A stretch of 64,000 nt of DNA from Octopus vulgaris (taxonomy: Eukaryota), in the NCBI GenBank assembly GCA_951406725.2, contig OX597821.1:93806001-93870000 (forward strand), in the 5' to 3' direction. Shown in pieces: positions 1 to 12,265 of the stretch (positions are counted from its first letter, which is position 1; each line of letters opens with the position of its first letter). A model generated the notes under the pieces. That model was not told where the DNA came from and did not search any database. It worked only from the letters and a program-made list of their open reading frames with translations. A program made the position numbers and the translations under genes.

Positions 1-159
1 TGACTAGATGATCCTTGTCACTTTGACGGGTGAACAAATAAAAGCAAGACAATTATAGAATAAGCTCCCATTCCCTTTTAATATCCTGAAGAAATAAGAG
101 AAAACTAAACAAGAATTGTGAAAATAAAATCACTGAAATTATTTGTAAAACTTACACAT

Positions 160-583
160 AGGCGCAGGAGTGGCTGTGTGGTAAGTAGCTTGCTAACCAA
201 CCACATGGTTCTGGGTTCAGTCCCACTGCGTGGCATCTTGGGCAAGTGTCTTCTGCTATAGCCTCGGGCCAACCAAAGCCTTGTGAGTGGATTTGGTAGA
301 CGGAAACTGATAGAAGCCTGTCGTATATATGTATATATATATATATATTTGTATGTGTGTGTATATGTTTGTGTGTCTGTGTTTGTCCCTCTAGCATTCC
401 TTGACAACCAATGATGGTGTGTTTACGATCCGTCACTTAGCGGTTCGGCAAAGGAGACCGATAGAATAAGTACTGGGCTTACAAAGAATAAGTCCTGGGG
501 TCGATTTGCTCGACTAAAGGTGGTGCTCCAGCATGGCCGCAGTCAAATGACTGAAACAAGTAAAAAAGTAAAAGAGTAGAGAG
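160..583 (+). mobile_element. tRNA-derived SINE, family A (GGAGTGGCTGTGTGGTAAG head, internal TA/TG microsatellite, AGTAAAAG tail)
   Basis: A-box/B-box-like head (TGGCTGTGTGG...GGTTCAGTCCC) then CTTGGGCAAGTGTCTTCT body; same sequence recurs more than 10 times in the window. Confidence 0.9.
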
Positions 584-897
584 TATGAGGACTACTATAT
601 CTTTCATCAATCAATATTTCCTTTATATAGAATTAAAACCAGCATAAAATGAAACGAGGCAAAAATTGTTATTAACTTCATTATTGATTACTTGTGTAAC
701 TAAAGTGAGTTACTAGATTGTATACCAAACAATTAGTCCCCTGGCAATTATTAAATTTGATTCAATTTCCATATCACATTAAAGTCTACACCTCATCTTC
801 AAAATGTTAGAACCTGATCCCAGAAACATTGCTTTCTTCATACATAATCTTACCCACTAAACTGCCAAAACAGATGAAGCACCATGCCTGTCATTAA

Positions 898-1116
898 CCC
901 TTTTGTTACTGTATTTATTTTGAGATGTTCTGTGTTTCTTTCAATTACTTTAAATATAACAAAGAATTTAGTAAACTAACTTAGTTATCATTCAGCTAGT
1001 GTTAGAAACATAAATTGTGACTAAGGTTTGGTGGAAGATTTTAATTCAGAACTTATGAAAGCAAGATATTTGTACTAGAGCCAGAGCTGGTTTCAGCCGG
1101 GTTGGTAACAAAAGGG
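898..1116. mobile_element. piggyBac-type MITE
   Basis: TTAA-CCCTTTTGTTAC ... GTAACAAAAGGG-TTAA: 12-bp TIRs, TTAA TSD at 894-897 and 1117-1120. Confidence 0.9.
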
Positions 1117-1909
1117 TTAAGGGGGTTCACTGGAAGGCACTGTCCCCGCCACTATTCAATGGTGCACCCTCAGGTTTAGTGATATTCTTATTTTGAAACT
1201 CTTCTTTAGCATTATTACAAATTAGTGCCCACCCAGAATACACTGATGCACCCCCAGGCACCAAAGTTTGGTGATGGATTTGTGAGGTATAAATTGCCCA
1301 TTGGATCTGGTATCTAAAAAACAAAACTTGGTATGGCCAAAAGACTTAGTAATTGACAGAAATGTCACAATATCAGTATTAAAGCTGAGAGGCACCCACC
1401 TCTGAATAAGTCGATATTGAATGAGATTGTATCGCAATTAACAAACTGAACTATGAACTGGAATAGTTTATTGAGGCATATGACCATCTGGCATCCAGTT
1501 CAGGTTGATTATTGTAACCTGTTATTCACACACCATGGAAACTGAATAACTGGCCTTATGAGTTCTAGGGCTCAAAAACAAAATTCTTCTTTTGAACATA
1601 TAGTTCTTCAGAACTGTTGGATTACAAACCAAATTTATCAAGAGAACAGATCCAGAAATCAAAATATCCCAGTTCCTACAATTCTTGAGATACCTTCAAA
1701 TTCAAATTGCCTTAAGCAGGTTACATTACTATTCTTTATAAACAGCTACATGGATTCCTTACAGAAATATTATCTTGATATAGATTTGGCTATACATAAA
1801 GGATGATAACTCAAGAGAATACCTTAGAGCAATGTAACTCTCTCCCCACCCTCCCTCTCTCCCTCTTTCTCTCATATTATATATTGCAGCTGTATGTGTA
1901 GTTCGAATG

Positions 1910-2460
<551 letters not shown>

Positions 2461-3124
2461 CAATTTTGTTTCATATACTTGCCATCTACTTCCTAGCAGC
2501 TTCCTTTTAACTTAAGGCTATCACTATTCATTCCTTCTATTTCCTGTTATCTCTCTCGTTTTCACACAACCCACCCCCAAAAGATAAGAGGGCTCTCGGA
2601 TTTGTGGGATACTTCATTCCATTATAACAGAATACAAAACAGATCCCTCACTACCTCAATGGTATACATAACATCATTCTCTATTACATGAAATCACATA
2701 ATTTGAATAACTTTTCAAATGATTTTCCTGTGACTTTCCATTTCCTGAACTTGATAGCTAGATGAGTTAGATAGATTAATAAGCCAACTAGCTCTATGTG
2801 TCGATTGGTATATCTATCTAGTTAGCTGTTTCTTAGTGCATAGGTTTGTATTGCAAGTAGATTTATGTACAAATGCATCTGTGTATATTGACATTATCTA
2901 AAAGAGAGAGGATGATAGAATCGATTGCACGTTGAGTAAGATATCTGATTGGTATTTGGTTACAATTCTTTAGATTCTCAGTTCAGTACCTACCTAGGTT
3001 GATGCTGTCTTGCCTTTTATACCATAAGTCCCCCAGCTCCTCTTCGTAATATACATAACATAAGGTAGTGAGGTGGCAGAATTATTAGACCATCAGGAAA
3101 ATGCTTAATGGTATTTATTCCAGA

Positions 3125-3356
3125 CGGCAAGCTGGCAGAACCGTTAGCACACAGGGAGAAATGCTTAGTGGTATTTCGTCTGCCGTTACGTTCTGAGTTC
3201 AAATTCCGACGAGGTCGACTTTGTCTTTCATCCTTTCGGGGTCAATAAATTAAGTACCAGTTACGCTCTGGGGTCGATGTAATCGACTTAATCTATTTGT
3301 CTGTCCTTGTTTGTCCTCTCTGTGTTTAGCCCCTTGTGGGTAGTAAAGAAATAGGT
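3125..3356 (+). mobile_element. tRNA-derived SINE, family B (Meta/MESC-like central domain GACTTTGCCTTTCATCCTTTCGGGGTCGATAAATTAAGTACC)
   Basis: GCTGGCAGAA..GAGTTCAAATTCC head and conserved body; copies at about 17108, 24710, 37880, 44538, 46095, 63447. Confidence 0.85.
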
Positions 3357-3522
3357 ATTTCTTCCAGCTGTTTACATTCTGAGTTCAAATCCTTTCATGA
3401 TCCATTTTGCGTTTCTTTCTCTCCAGATTCAGTACAACAAAATACCAGTCAAGTACTTGGGTTGTTATAATTCACTAACCTCTTTCTTCAAAACTGCAGG
3501 CCTTCGGTCTAAATAAGAAACC

Positions 3523-3853
3523 AGGAGTGGCTGTGTAGTAAGAAGCTTACTTCCCAACCACATGGCTCTGGGTTCAGTCCCACTGCATGGCACCTTGGGC
3601 ATGTGTCATCTACTATAGCCTCAGGACAACCAAAGCCTTGTGATTGGTTTTGGTAGATGGAAACTGAAAGAAGCCCGTCATATGTGTATATATGTATATA
3701 TATGTATGTGTGTGTTTGTTATTTGTGGCTGTGGTTGTCCACCCACCATTGCTTGACAACCTTAGCAGTTTGGCATAAAAGACTGATAGAAAAGTACTAG
3801 GCTGACAAAGAATAAGTCCTGGGTCGATTTGTTCAACTAAAGGTGGTGCTCCC
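3523..3853 (+). mobile_element. SINE family A, CpG-decayed copy
   Basis: homology to 160-583. Confidence 0.85.
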
Positions 3854-3972
3854 ACATATGTGTGTGAGTGTATAGAAAAAATTATTAAATAGTGCAATAC
3901 AGTAGTATTACTTCCCAGTAAAACAAAGCAGTGAATAGTGGTGCAGTGTTGTACCACTAATTTATTCATATA

Positions 3973-5003
3973 CAGGGGTTGGACAAAATAATGGAAACAC
4001 CTTAAAATTTTAAACAAATTTATTTTAATATAAGGTAGGACTGCCTTTAGCAGTAATTACAGCTTGAGTTCTATGAGGTATGCACTCATACAAAGTTTGA
4101 ATTGTTTTCAAAAAAAATTTTTACCATTCTTCAGCTAAAACAGTTTCCAGTTCTTGTTGTGATGATGGTGGAGGATATCAACACCTTACTTCTTTTTCTA
4201 AAATGCACCATAAATGTTCAATAATATTGTGATCTCGGGACTGTGGTGGCCAGATAAGATGTTCAGCTTCACTAGAATGTTCTTCGTGCCATTCAGTAAC
4301 AACTTTAGCTGTGTGAATTGGTGCATTATCATCCTGAAAGATTGCATTTCCCTCCAGAAACAGTTCCACAACCATAGGATGAATTTGATCAGATAAAATG
4401 CTTAGTCTTGACTATTGATTCTGCATTGAAGGGAAACTACTAGGCCAGCGGATATCCAAGATATAGCCCCCCAGATCATCACAGATCCTCCTCTATGTTT
4501 AACAGTTGAAGGAAGGCAGACTGTGTCAAATGCTTCCTTTGGCTCTCTCCACATGTATATTTGGCTGGTGGTCGGAAATAAGGTAAAGGATGACTCATCC
4601 GAGAAAACGACATTCTTCCACTTCTCTAGGGGCCAATTCTGTAGGTTTTTACTCCACTCTAAACACTTTGCAACATTTGTTTTTGAATGTAGGGATTTTC
4701 TGATTGCAGCCCTCCCATGAAATTTGGTTTTGTGCAGCACCAGCAAACAGTTTTTGTGGTAACTGGGTTCGCAAGGTGGTCATTAAGCTCTGCAGTAATT
4801 TTGGGAGCTGTGCTTTTGTGATCCTTTCTAACAATTTGCATAAGAGTCTGACAGTCCCTATCTGAAAGTTTTGGTTTCCTTCCAGTGTTTTGTTTTGATG
4901 AGGAGGTTTTTCCCTCTTTCTCAAAGGTTGTCATTACTTTTAAGACAGTACTTCTTGATACACCAAACATTTCAGCTGTTTTCGTTATGCTAGCACCTGC
5001 CAT
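3973..5003 (-). mobile_element. Tc1-like DNA transposon remnant with frameshifted transposase (DD36E spacing), 5' end truncated
   Basis: TA|CAGGGGTTGGACAAAATAATGGAAACACC TIR at 3973; ORF pieces AGASITKTAEMFGVSRSTV (HTH), FSDES, VKHRGGSVMIWG, FQDDNAPIH...WPPQSRDHNIIEHLW. Confidence 0.92.
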
Positions 5004-5375
5004 AAAATTCCTTTACTTTCGACATATGTTTCGAAGACAACATTGGTTTTATTCCAAAGGAATAAACAGTGTAAAATGCAATCTTCTCATCAGGAAAGAA
5101 AGAGAGCCTATCTCAACAACAAGACATTATAACAATTACGATGACTGCCTAAATGATAAACAGAACGTTATTAAGTATTTAATAAAAACTTTAGTAGATT
5201 TGATGTCAAAGGCAGATACTAGGAAGAGAAGGGTTAAAGAAATAATAAGTAGAGAACAAATAAAGAGGGATACGTTGGTTGAAAAAATGTTTAAAGGCTT
5301 AGAAGTAGATTTCTCTATTGAAGTAAAGTGCAAGTTAAACTAACTGTTCAAACTATAAAGACTGGTGAAATCATA
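5004..5375 (-). mobile_element. Penelope-like element terminal fragment carrying the hammerhead
   Basis: hammerhead motif, ends in TA/CA microsatellite, abuts the truncated Tc1 ORF. Confidence 0.55.
5016..5098 (-). ncRNA. type I hammerhead ribozyme (Penelope pLTR type)
   Basis: minus strand: ctttc CTGATGA GAAGA...TCTTC GAAAC ATAT GTC gaaag; all core nucleotides and three helices present. Confidence 0.8.
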
Positions 5376-5414
5376 TATACACACACACACACACACATTG
5401 TGTATATGCATATA

Positions 5415-5900
5415 TGGGTAGAGGACGTCACCAACTGTAAACAACAGCAAATACGAAAACAAACAAGTTAAATACGCAAGCAACAAGAGAAAAAAATGGA
5501 AAACAGGGCAAGTAACACAAAGAATGACCCTCATCAGTTGTCGGCTGTCAATCTACTCTTCATTTCGAGCATTCAACGAGAATATGAATCTTCGAAGATA
5601 GTTGCTCCCATAACTTCTAAAATAAAATTTTGGATTCGTGGAGGGTCAAAGTTGGGAACAAAAACAGAACAGTGGGACATACAAGGATACTGAACAAAAA
5701 CAAATATGAAGGGTCGTTAGACCAGAACGGGGGGGAAATAGTGAACACTGAGAGAAATATATTCTTTGAAAAGAGAAAAGATAGAAGTTAGAGGAATAGA
5801 AGATGCCCAGTCCTTAGAACATCGTGTAGGAAAAGAAAGATGGACAATGGTCATGTGTGAGCAACGAGAGAAAGAGAGAAAGCAGTATAGAGTAGAGTTG
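5415..5900. mobile_element. TA-associated dispersed repeat, probably Penelope-like; second copy 11131-11560, stub 6027-6056
   Basis: GGGTACAGGA(C/T)GTCA...CTCATCAGTTGTCGGCTGTC...AAACAG(G/A)ACAGTGG shared between copies. Confidence 0.6.
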
Positions 5901-5982
5901 TATCAAAATGGTTAAGATAAACTTGGAAATGGATATGTGGAGTTCAATTAAATAATAATATAAATAATATATATATGTATGT

Positions 5983-6020
<38 letters not shown>

Positions 6021-6420
6021 ATATAAGGGTACAGGATGTCACCAACTGTAAACAGCTGAGTATGCTGAGGCTATTTTTGTCAATGCAGAAACTGGTCCAC
6101 ATGTGTCCAAATACTTAAATGTATGTTAGGAGATTGTCTTAGCCCATTTGCCTTCAGACAGTTGATTTCTGTAGTTATTATCAGTGTATTTTGGTGATAT
6201 AAATAAGAGTTTTGACTGTTATTTCCAGCAGGTAGACATACTTAGTCTGTCCTTTGATTAATTTTAATCCTTCAGATATTTAATGCTTTTTTTGAGCCTG
6301 CAATCACCTATATTATTGATTCTGTTATTATAATTTTTAAATTGTTACACTAGGTAATAACAGAGTCAATGGTATCTTCACAAATTATTTTTTTGTGAAC
6401 TATATTTTTTGTGAACTACA

Positions 6421-6620
6421 ATGTTTTGGCTGATATACCCTCCAGTTTTCATCACGTGTCTTGGGGAAATTTTGAAACCTAGGTTCTCATTCCTAAGGTA
6501 TTTTTCGATATTATTATCATTATTATTATTATTCAGGTCACTGCCTGGAATTGAACTCGGAATCTTGGAGTTAGTAGCCCGCACTCTTAACCACTACGCC
6601 ATATGCCTGTGGGCATATGG
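6421..6620 (-). mobile_element. tRNA-headed element with degenerate hammerhead-like tail
   Basis: minus strand GGCATATGGCGTAGTGGTTAAG...GAGTTCAATTCC head, (AAT)n linker, gTGATGAaaaCTG...CAGCCaAAAC. Confidence 0.65.
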
Positions 6621-6831
6621 TCATGAATCCAGCACTCTAACCACTAAGCAACGTGCCGCTACTAGTGGTATTCATGTCTACAGCTTAATGGACTGGAGCA
6701 AATTGAAATGAAGTGTTTTGCTCAAGAACGCAATGGATCACCTGGTCCAGGGATCAAAACCACAATCTTACGGTCATGAATCCAGCAATGCACCTCCATG
6801 AGTTACCTATTTACAACTGAGTAACACCGGA

Positions 6832-7253
6832 GGATCTTTTCGGTTTGAACGGCAGTTTTTCTAGCGGTGTCATATGAAATTGTCACCCATAATTATGACC
6901 CTAGTATTGATCTATTGCATCTCAATCTGTTTTAGGGTTAGGGTTAGGGTTAGGGGTTGGGGAAGGGTATCTTTTTCTCTTCACAAATGTAAATAAACCC
7001 AATCTGTCTCTTAAATGAGGGACATATTCATATGGCACAGAATGTTTTTACCTCAATGGATGTGATTGATTGGTTGAAATTGCAGAAATTGAAGAAAAAA
7101 AAACAACAAATATCTTACAAACCATAGAATTTTCTCAATAAAGCCAAGAGAAAAAGATGATTTATAAACACATTCTACCAGTATACGAAGTTTAAAATTT
7201 TTTTAGTTACCTAGAAATTATGTTAAAAACTGCCGTTCAAAGCGAAAAGATCC
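6832..7253. mobile_element. Merlin-like MITE with internal (TTAGGG)n
   Basis: TIRs GGATCTTTTCGGTTTGAACGGCAG / CTGCCGTTCAAAGCGAAAAGATCC; 8-bp TSD ACAC(C/T)GGA; interrupts a tRNA-SINE. Confidence 0.8.
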
Positions 7254-7840
7254 ACACTGGAGCAACATGAAATGAAGTGTTTTGCTTAAGAACACAAAAC
7301 ACCACCCAGTCCAAGAATTGAAACCACAACCTTGCAATTGAGAATATAATATCCTAAACACTAGGCAATGCGTTGTCACCAATATAATAGACTATAGTAT
7401 TGAAGAGTATCTCATGAAGACTATATATGGCTAGTAAAAGAACAAATCAAATATTCTTGCAGTGTGAAAAGCATGAGTTAATAACAGAAAGATTCCATTT
7501 CCTCTTGTCTTCAATGCAACATTGACTGTAGCACTGCCCTATACAATGTGTTCTATACAAAAAGTTAAAACTATCTTAACTCAATTAGTTAAGTAAACTA
7601 TTTTATCAATAAACAGCAAAGACTAAATTGACCAGAGCATGGATTGACTAAAAGGAAAAGAATGAGTTTGTGTGATGTCTAAGCTTTATCCAAGTATATT
7701 AAACACAAACGTAGTGAAGCACTTAATAAGGAATCTAAACTTGAGTCGCAGTCTCAGAACACAGGAAGCTTAACTTTTTTTTTTATTGTGAAGTTTTTCA
7801 GGGGGGTCTTTTTTTTTCCTTCTTAAACTCATAAACTACT

Positions 7841-8032
7841 TTGTTGCTGCTGTTGTTGTTGCTGTTGTTGATTGTGTTTGTGGTTGAGGTGGTGGTGGTG
7901 GTGTTGGTGTTGGTGGTGGTGGTGGTCGTCGTCGTCGTCGTCATCGTAGTCGTGGTGGTAGCCGTAGCAGTGGTAGTGACAACATCATCATCATCATCAT
8001 CATCAATATCATTGTCATCACAATCGGCAGTG

Positions 8033-8066
<34 letters not shown>

Positions 8067-8068
8067 GA
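7841..8068. repeat. compound trinucleotide repeat (TTG/GTG/GTC/CAT)
   Basis: direct inspection. Confidence 0.95.
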
Positions 8069-8369
8069 ATAAAATAAAAATTAGAAAAAAAAAAAAGAAG
8101 AAAAACAGAAAAAAAAAATCACTCAACTCGACTCACTTCTGTTTGGGAAATAACATTGGTTATTTGTTGTCAGAATAAATATTTCAAGATTTTAATAAAT
8201 TATTTCAAATCTCCCATGTCACTATATCATTACACAGATCTGTATTGAAAGTTGGTTCCAGAGTTGGGCAAAGATTTCTAATAAACTATTGATCTTTATC
8301 AGCAGATATTCAAAATGTAGTCAATGAACCAATACTAGAGATGTATGCCAGTTTATTTCTTCCACCATG

Positions 8370-8414
8370 ATATATATATATATATATACATATATAAATA
8401 TGTGTGTGTGTGGG

Positions 8415-8485
<71 letters not shown>

Positions 8486-8710
8486 GTGTGTGTGTATGTA
8501 TGTATATATACATATATATATATATATTTATATATTTATATATATATATATTATGTATATATATATGTATGTATATATGCACATATATATACACATATAT
8601 ATACATATATATATATATATACATATATACATATATATACATATATATATATACATATAAATATATATAGAGAGAGAGATTCATACATACATACACGCAT
8701 ATATATATAT

Positions 8711-8788
<78 letters not shown>

Positions 8789-8826
8789 CACACACACACA
8801 CACACACACACACAACACATATATAT

Positions 8827-8877
<51 letters not shown>

Positions 8878-8895
8878 TACATATATATATATATA
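8370..8895. repeat. (TA)/(CA)n microsatellite tract
   Basis: direct inspection. Confidence 0.95.
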
Positions 8896-9555
8896 GTAAC
8901 AATAACATATCTGTATTGAATTCAGTTTCTTCCAATCAATTCTAGTGTTTACACAAGTAATAGAAAAACAGTTTTATCTTTTCACTGAGTTTTAGAAAAC
9001 ATTGAGATTTTCTCAAGAAGAGTGAGAATTTCTGTGATAAAACGAAAAGAGTGGTTTATCTTTTTTGGCTCCGAATTCTATAGAATTGAAATAACATTGT
9101 TGACACTTTTCTCTAACAAATAAATCAATCCTTTTTTTTTTATTCTAATTATTGTCTATTATGTTTTAATATCGTTTTAGCTCGCATATGAATATATAAA
9201 TTGTGTAAATCATGTGATAATTGAAAAATGTCTATAGGCTAAAGAATACGAGCAGTGAAGATAGCTGAGTTGGTACAATGATGAATGGATGTCTTACTTA
9301 ATTTGGTTTTTTGCTATTTTTCTGTTGTGAGTTCAGATCATCCAAAGTTTAACAATGCCTTTCACACATTCAGGATTTATAAACTTAAGTATCAGCAATA
9401 AGCTAATAAATCAACAATAACCCTTCATCAGCCACAAGAAATCAGTAATACTAACCTATATATATATAGGTTAGTATAGATCGCCATGTTGATTCGCTAG
9501 CTTCTGCACACATTTTTTCCTCTCCTTGTTTCTCTCTGTGTTTCTTTTCTGTGTA

Positions 9556-9593
9556 TCTTTCTGTTGAAGAGCGTAGGCTCGAAACGTAAAAGA
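9556..9593 (+). ncRNA. minimal hammerhead-like motif with one core mismatch, inside a TA-flanked Penelope-like fragment (about 9469-9690)
   Basis: tcttt CTGTTGA A GAGC GTAG GCTC GAAAC GTA aaaga. Confidence 0.6.
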
Positions 9594-10100
9594 CTTGTTT
9601 TATTTATATTCTTGAGCGCCATACTAATACAATTGTTTGTTTGTATTCCACCTGCCTTCGTCTTTTGTTTATTTTCATAAAGCTTCCCGTTATATATATA
9701 TATATATACAATATATAAATTGAGGAATTGTAACAGGTAAAGTGTATATGTTTCCTAACAAGCTGAAGCTCGTGATGCAATTGTTAGGCAATGAACTCTG
9801 CTTAATATAGCTAATCACTAGGCTGAGATTATATTGTCACAACTTTTTTAGCACCTTTAATTGCTAATTGTGACCTATATAGAAACTATCACTTTATTGA
9901 ATGTCTTTGCAACTTTGATATCAAAAATGTGTCACTCTCAATGCTAATAAACTGTTATTATAATTTAAAGTGGTATCATAACTTAAAGTATATTATCCAC
10001 TTATTTTTCTCTATACAAGCTGCTTACTGCTTGAAGCTGACAAACTTTCTACACTCGGATCCCTGGATTGCATTTAAATATATATACACACATATATATA

Positions 10101-10136
<36 letters not shown>

Positions 10137-10423
10137 TGTATGTACGTATATTCACAATCAAAGGTGCTCCAAATAAATAAGGTGAGGTAATCCAATGGTA
10201 GAACAAAATACTCTCTACTCTCTTTTACTCTTTTACTTGTTTCAGACATTTGACTGTGGCCATGCTGGAGCACCGCCTTTAGTCGAGCAAATCGACCCCA
10301 GGACTTATTTTTTGTATGCCTAATACTTATTCTATTGGTCTCTTTTACCAAACCGCTAAGTTACGGGGGCGTATACACACTAGTATGGTTTCCCTTCATG
10401 ACAGAATTATTAGTTAAAACTAG

Positions 10424-10848
10424 TTAAGCATTTTATCTGATCAAATTCATCTTATGGCTGTGGAACTGTTTCTGGAGGGAAACACAATCTTTCAGGATGA
10501 TAATGCACCAATTCCCGCAGCTGAAGTTGTTAGTGAATGGCACAAGGAGCATTCTAGTGAAGTTGAACATCTTATCTGGCCACCACAGTCCCGAGATCTC
10601 AATATTATTGAACATTTATGGTGCATTTTAGAAAAAGAAGTAAGGTGTTATCCTCCACCATCATCACTACAAGAACTGGAGACTGTTTTAGCTGAAAAAT
10701 GGGAAAATTTCCTTTCGAAACAATTGAAACTTTGTATAAGTCCATACCTCATGGAATTTAAGCTGTAATTACTTCCAAAAGTGGTCCCACCCCATATCAA
10801 AATAAATTTGTTTAAAATTTTAAGGTGTTTCCATCATTTTGTCCAACC

Positions 10849-10852
<4 letters not shown>
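10424..10852 (+). mobile_element. Tc1-like 3' fragment, same family as 3973-5003, opposite orientation
   Basis: FQDDNAPI...WPPQSRDLNIIEHLW; right TIR GGTGTTTCCATCATTTTGTCCAACCTCTG|TA. Confidence 0.9.
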
Positions 10853-10879
<27 letters not shown>

Positions 10880-10884
10880 TTTAT

Positions 10885-11014
10885 TTTATTTTATAGAAGG
10901 AGCTTCTACAGGACTAGAACTGTTTCATTCAAAAGAAATCATCAGGAAGCTTCCTGATGATTTCTTTTGAATGAAACAGTTCTAGTCCTGTAGAAGCTCC
11001 TTCTATAAAATAAA
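10885..11014. repeat. perfect 130-bp palindrome centred on AAGCTT (inverted Penelope-like pLTR)
   Basis: arms are exact reverse complements with no spacer; each carries CTGATGA-TTTCTTTTGAAT-GAAAC. Confidence 0.9.
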
Positions 11015-11080
11015 TTAATTTACTCTGCTATGTATTGAGTACCTTATTTACTGTGGTTAACCCCGACTCAACCCAGGACC

Positions 11081-11122
<42 letters not shown>

Positions 11123-11599
11123 TGCATATATGGGTACAGGATGTCAACATGAAATACGAGAACAGACAAGTTAGATACACAAACAATGTGAGAGAAAAAT
11201 GGAAAACAGGACAAGTAAACTCAGAGAACAACCCTTCATCAGTTGTCGGCTGTCTATCTAATCCTCATTTCAAGCATTCTATGACAATATGAGTCTTCAA
11301 AGACAGTTGCACCTATAAATTCCAAAATAAAATTTAGGATTTATGGGAACAAAAACAGGACAGTGGAGACATACAAGTAAACTGAACGAAAACAAACATA
11401 GAGGGTTGTTAGACCAGAATGAGAGGAAAATAGTGAACGCTGGGAGAAATATTTGAAAAGAGAAAAGATAAAAGAGAGAGAAAGAAAATATCCAGTCCTT
11501 TGAACGTCCATGCAAGAAAAGAAAGATGGTCACGTGAGGAAAAGAAAGATGGAAGATGGTCCTCTGGTACAATTCAGGGTCATTGATGGGGCAATTCGA

Positions 11600-11900
11600 C
11601 AATGTGCACTCCTCAGAGTAGTGAGAGGTGTTGTTCTTGGACAGCCAGAGGACCTCTGTTTTATATGAGATCATCTGTGGCAAATATGGTGCATAGGAAG
11701 TACAACAAGAAAACTGCATATATGCATTAAGGAACACATGCAGGCAGACACAATGGAAATGCCAGACCTTTGAATTCACAGTGCACATCAAGGCAACACA
11801 GCAGAACAGGGGCAACCTTAGAATCTCTGAGGCTATCCTCATACACCAAAAGAAACCTAAGATCAATCATAGAACAGAGTTACAGGAAGCTAGCTGGTTG
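11600..11900 (+). pseudogene. Penelope-like GIY-YIG endonuclease remnant
   Basis: frameshifted VLYEIICGKYGA / IGSTTRKLHICIKEH resembles the GIY-YIG YIG.T.R.L..R..EH motif. Confidence 0.65.
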
Positions 11901-12211
11901 CTATAGCATTACTTTTCCATGCATGTCCACTCCACACATGCTCACACACATACACATCAGCAACATTCATCAATTTCCTGAAAATGGGGTCATAACCCCG
12001 AAACATTAAATGCAAGGTAATTCTACATAAATTCACATATTTGTTTTCTTGTGATTTACCTTGCATTTACTTCACATTGATATGGCTTTACCCACATTCT
12101 TTTATACAATATATTCTGTACAATACTTCATAGTAATTATTCCATTATAATATATATATATATTATTTATATTATTATTTAATTGAACACTATGCACCCA
12201 TTTCCAATTAA

Positions 12212-12265
<54 letters not shown>

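Noticed and set aside
5520-5575. Type II hammerhead on the minus strand (GAATGCTC GAAA ... CTGATGA GGGTCATTC; also 11225-11280)
   Set aside because: Stem II could pair, but no convincing stem I/III or NUH geometry in either copy
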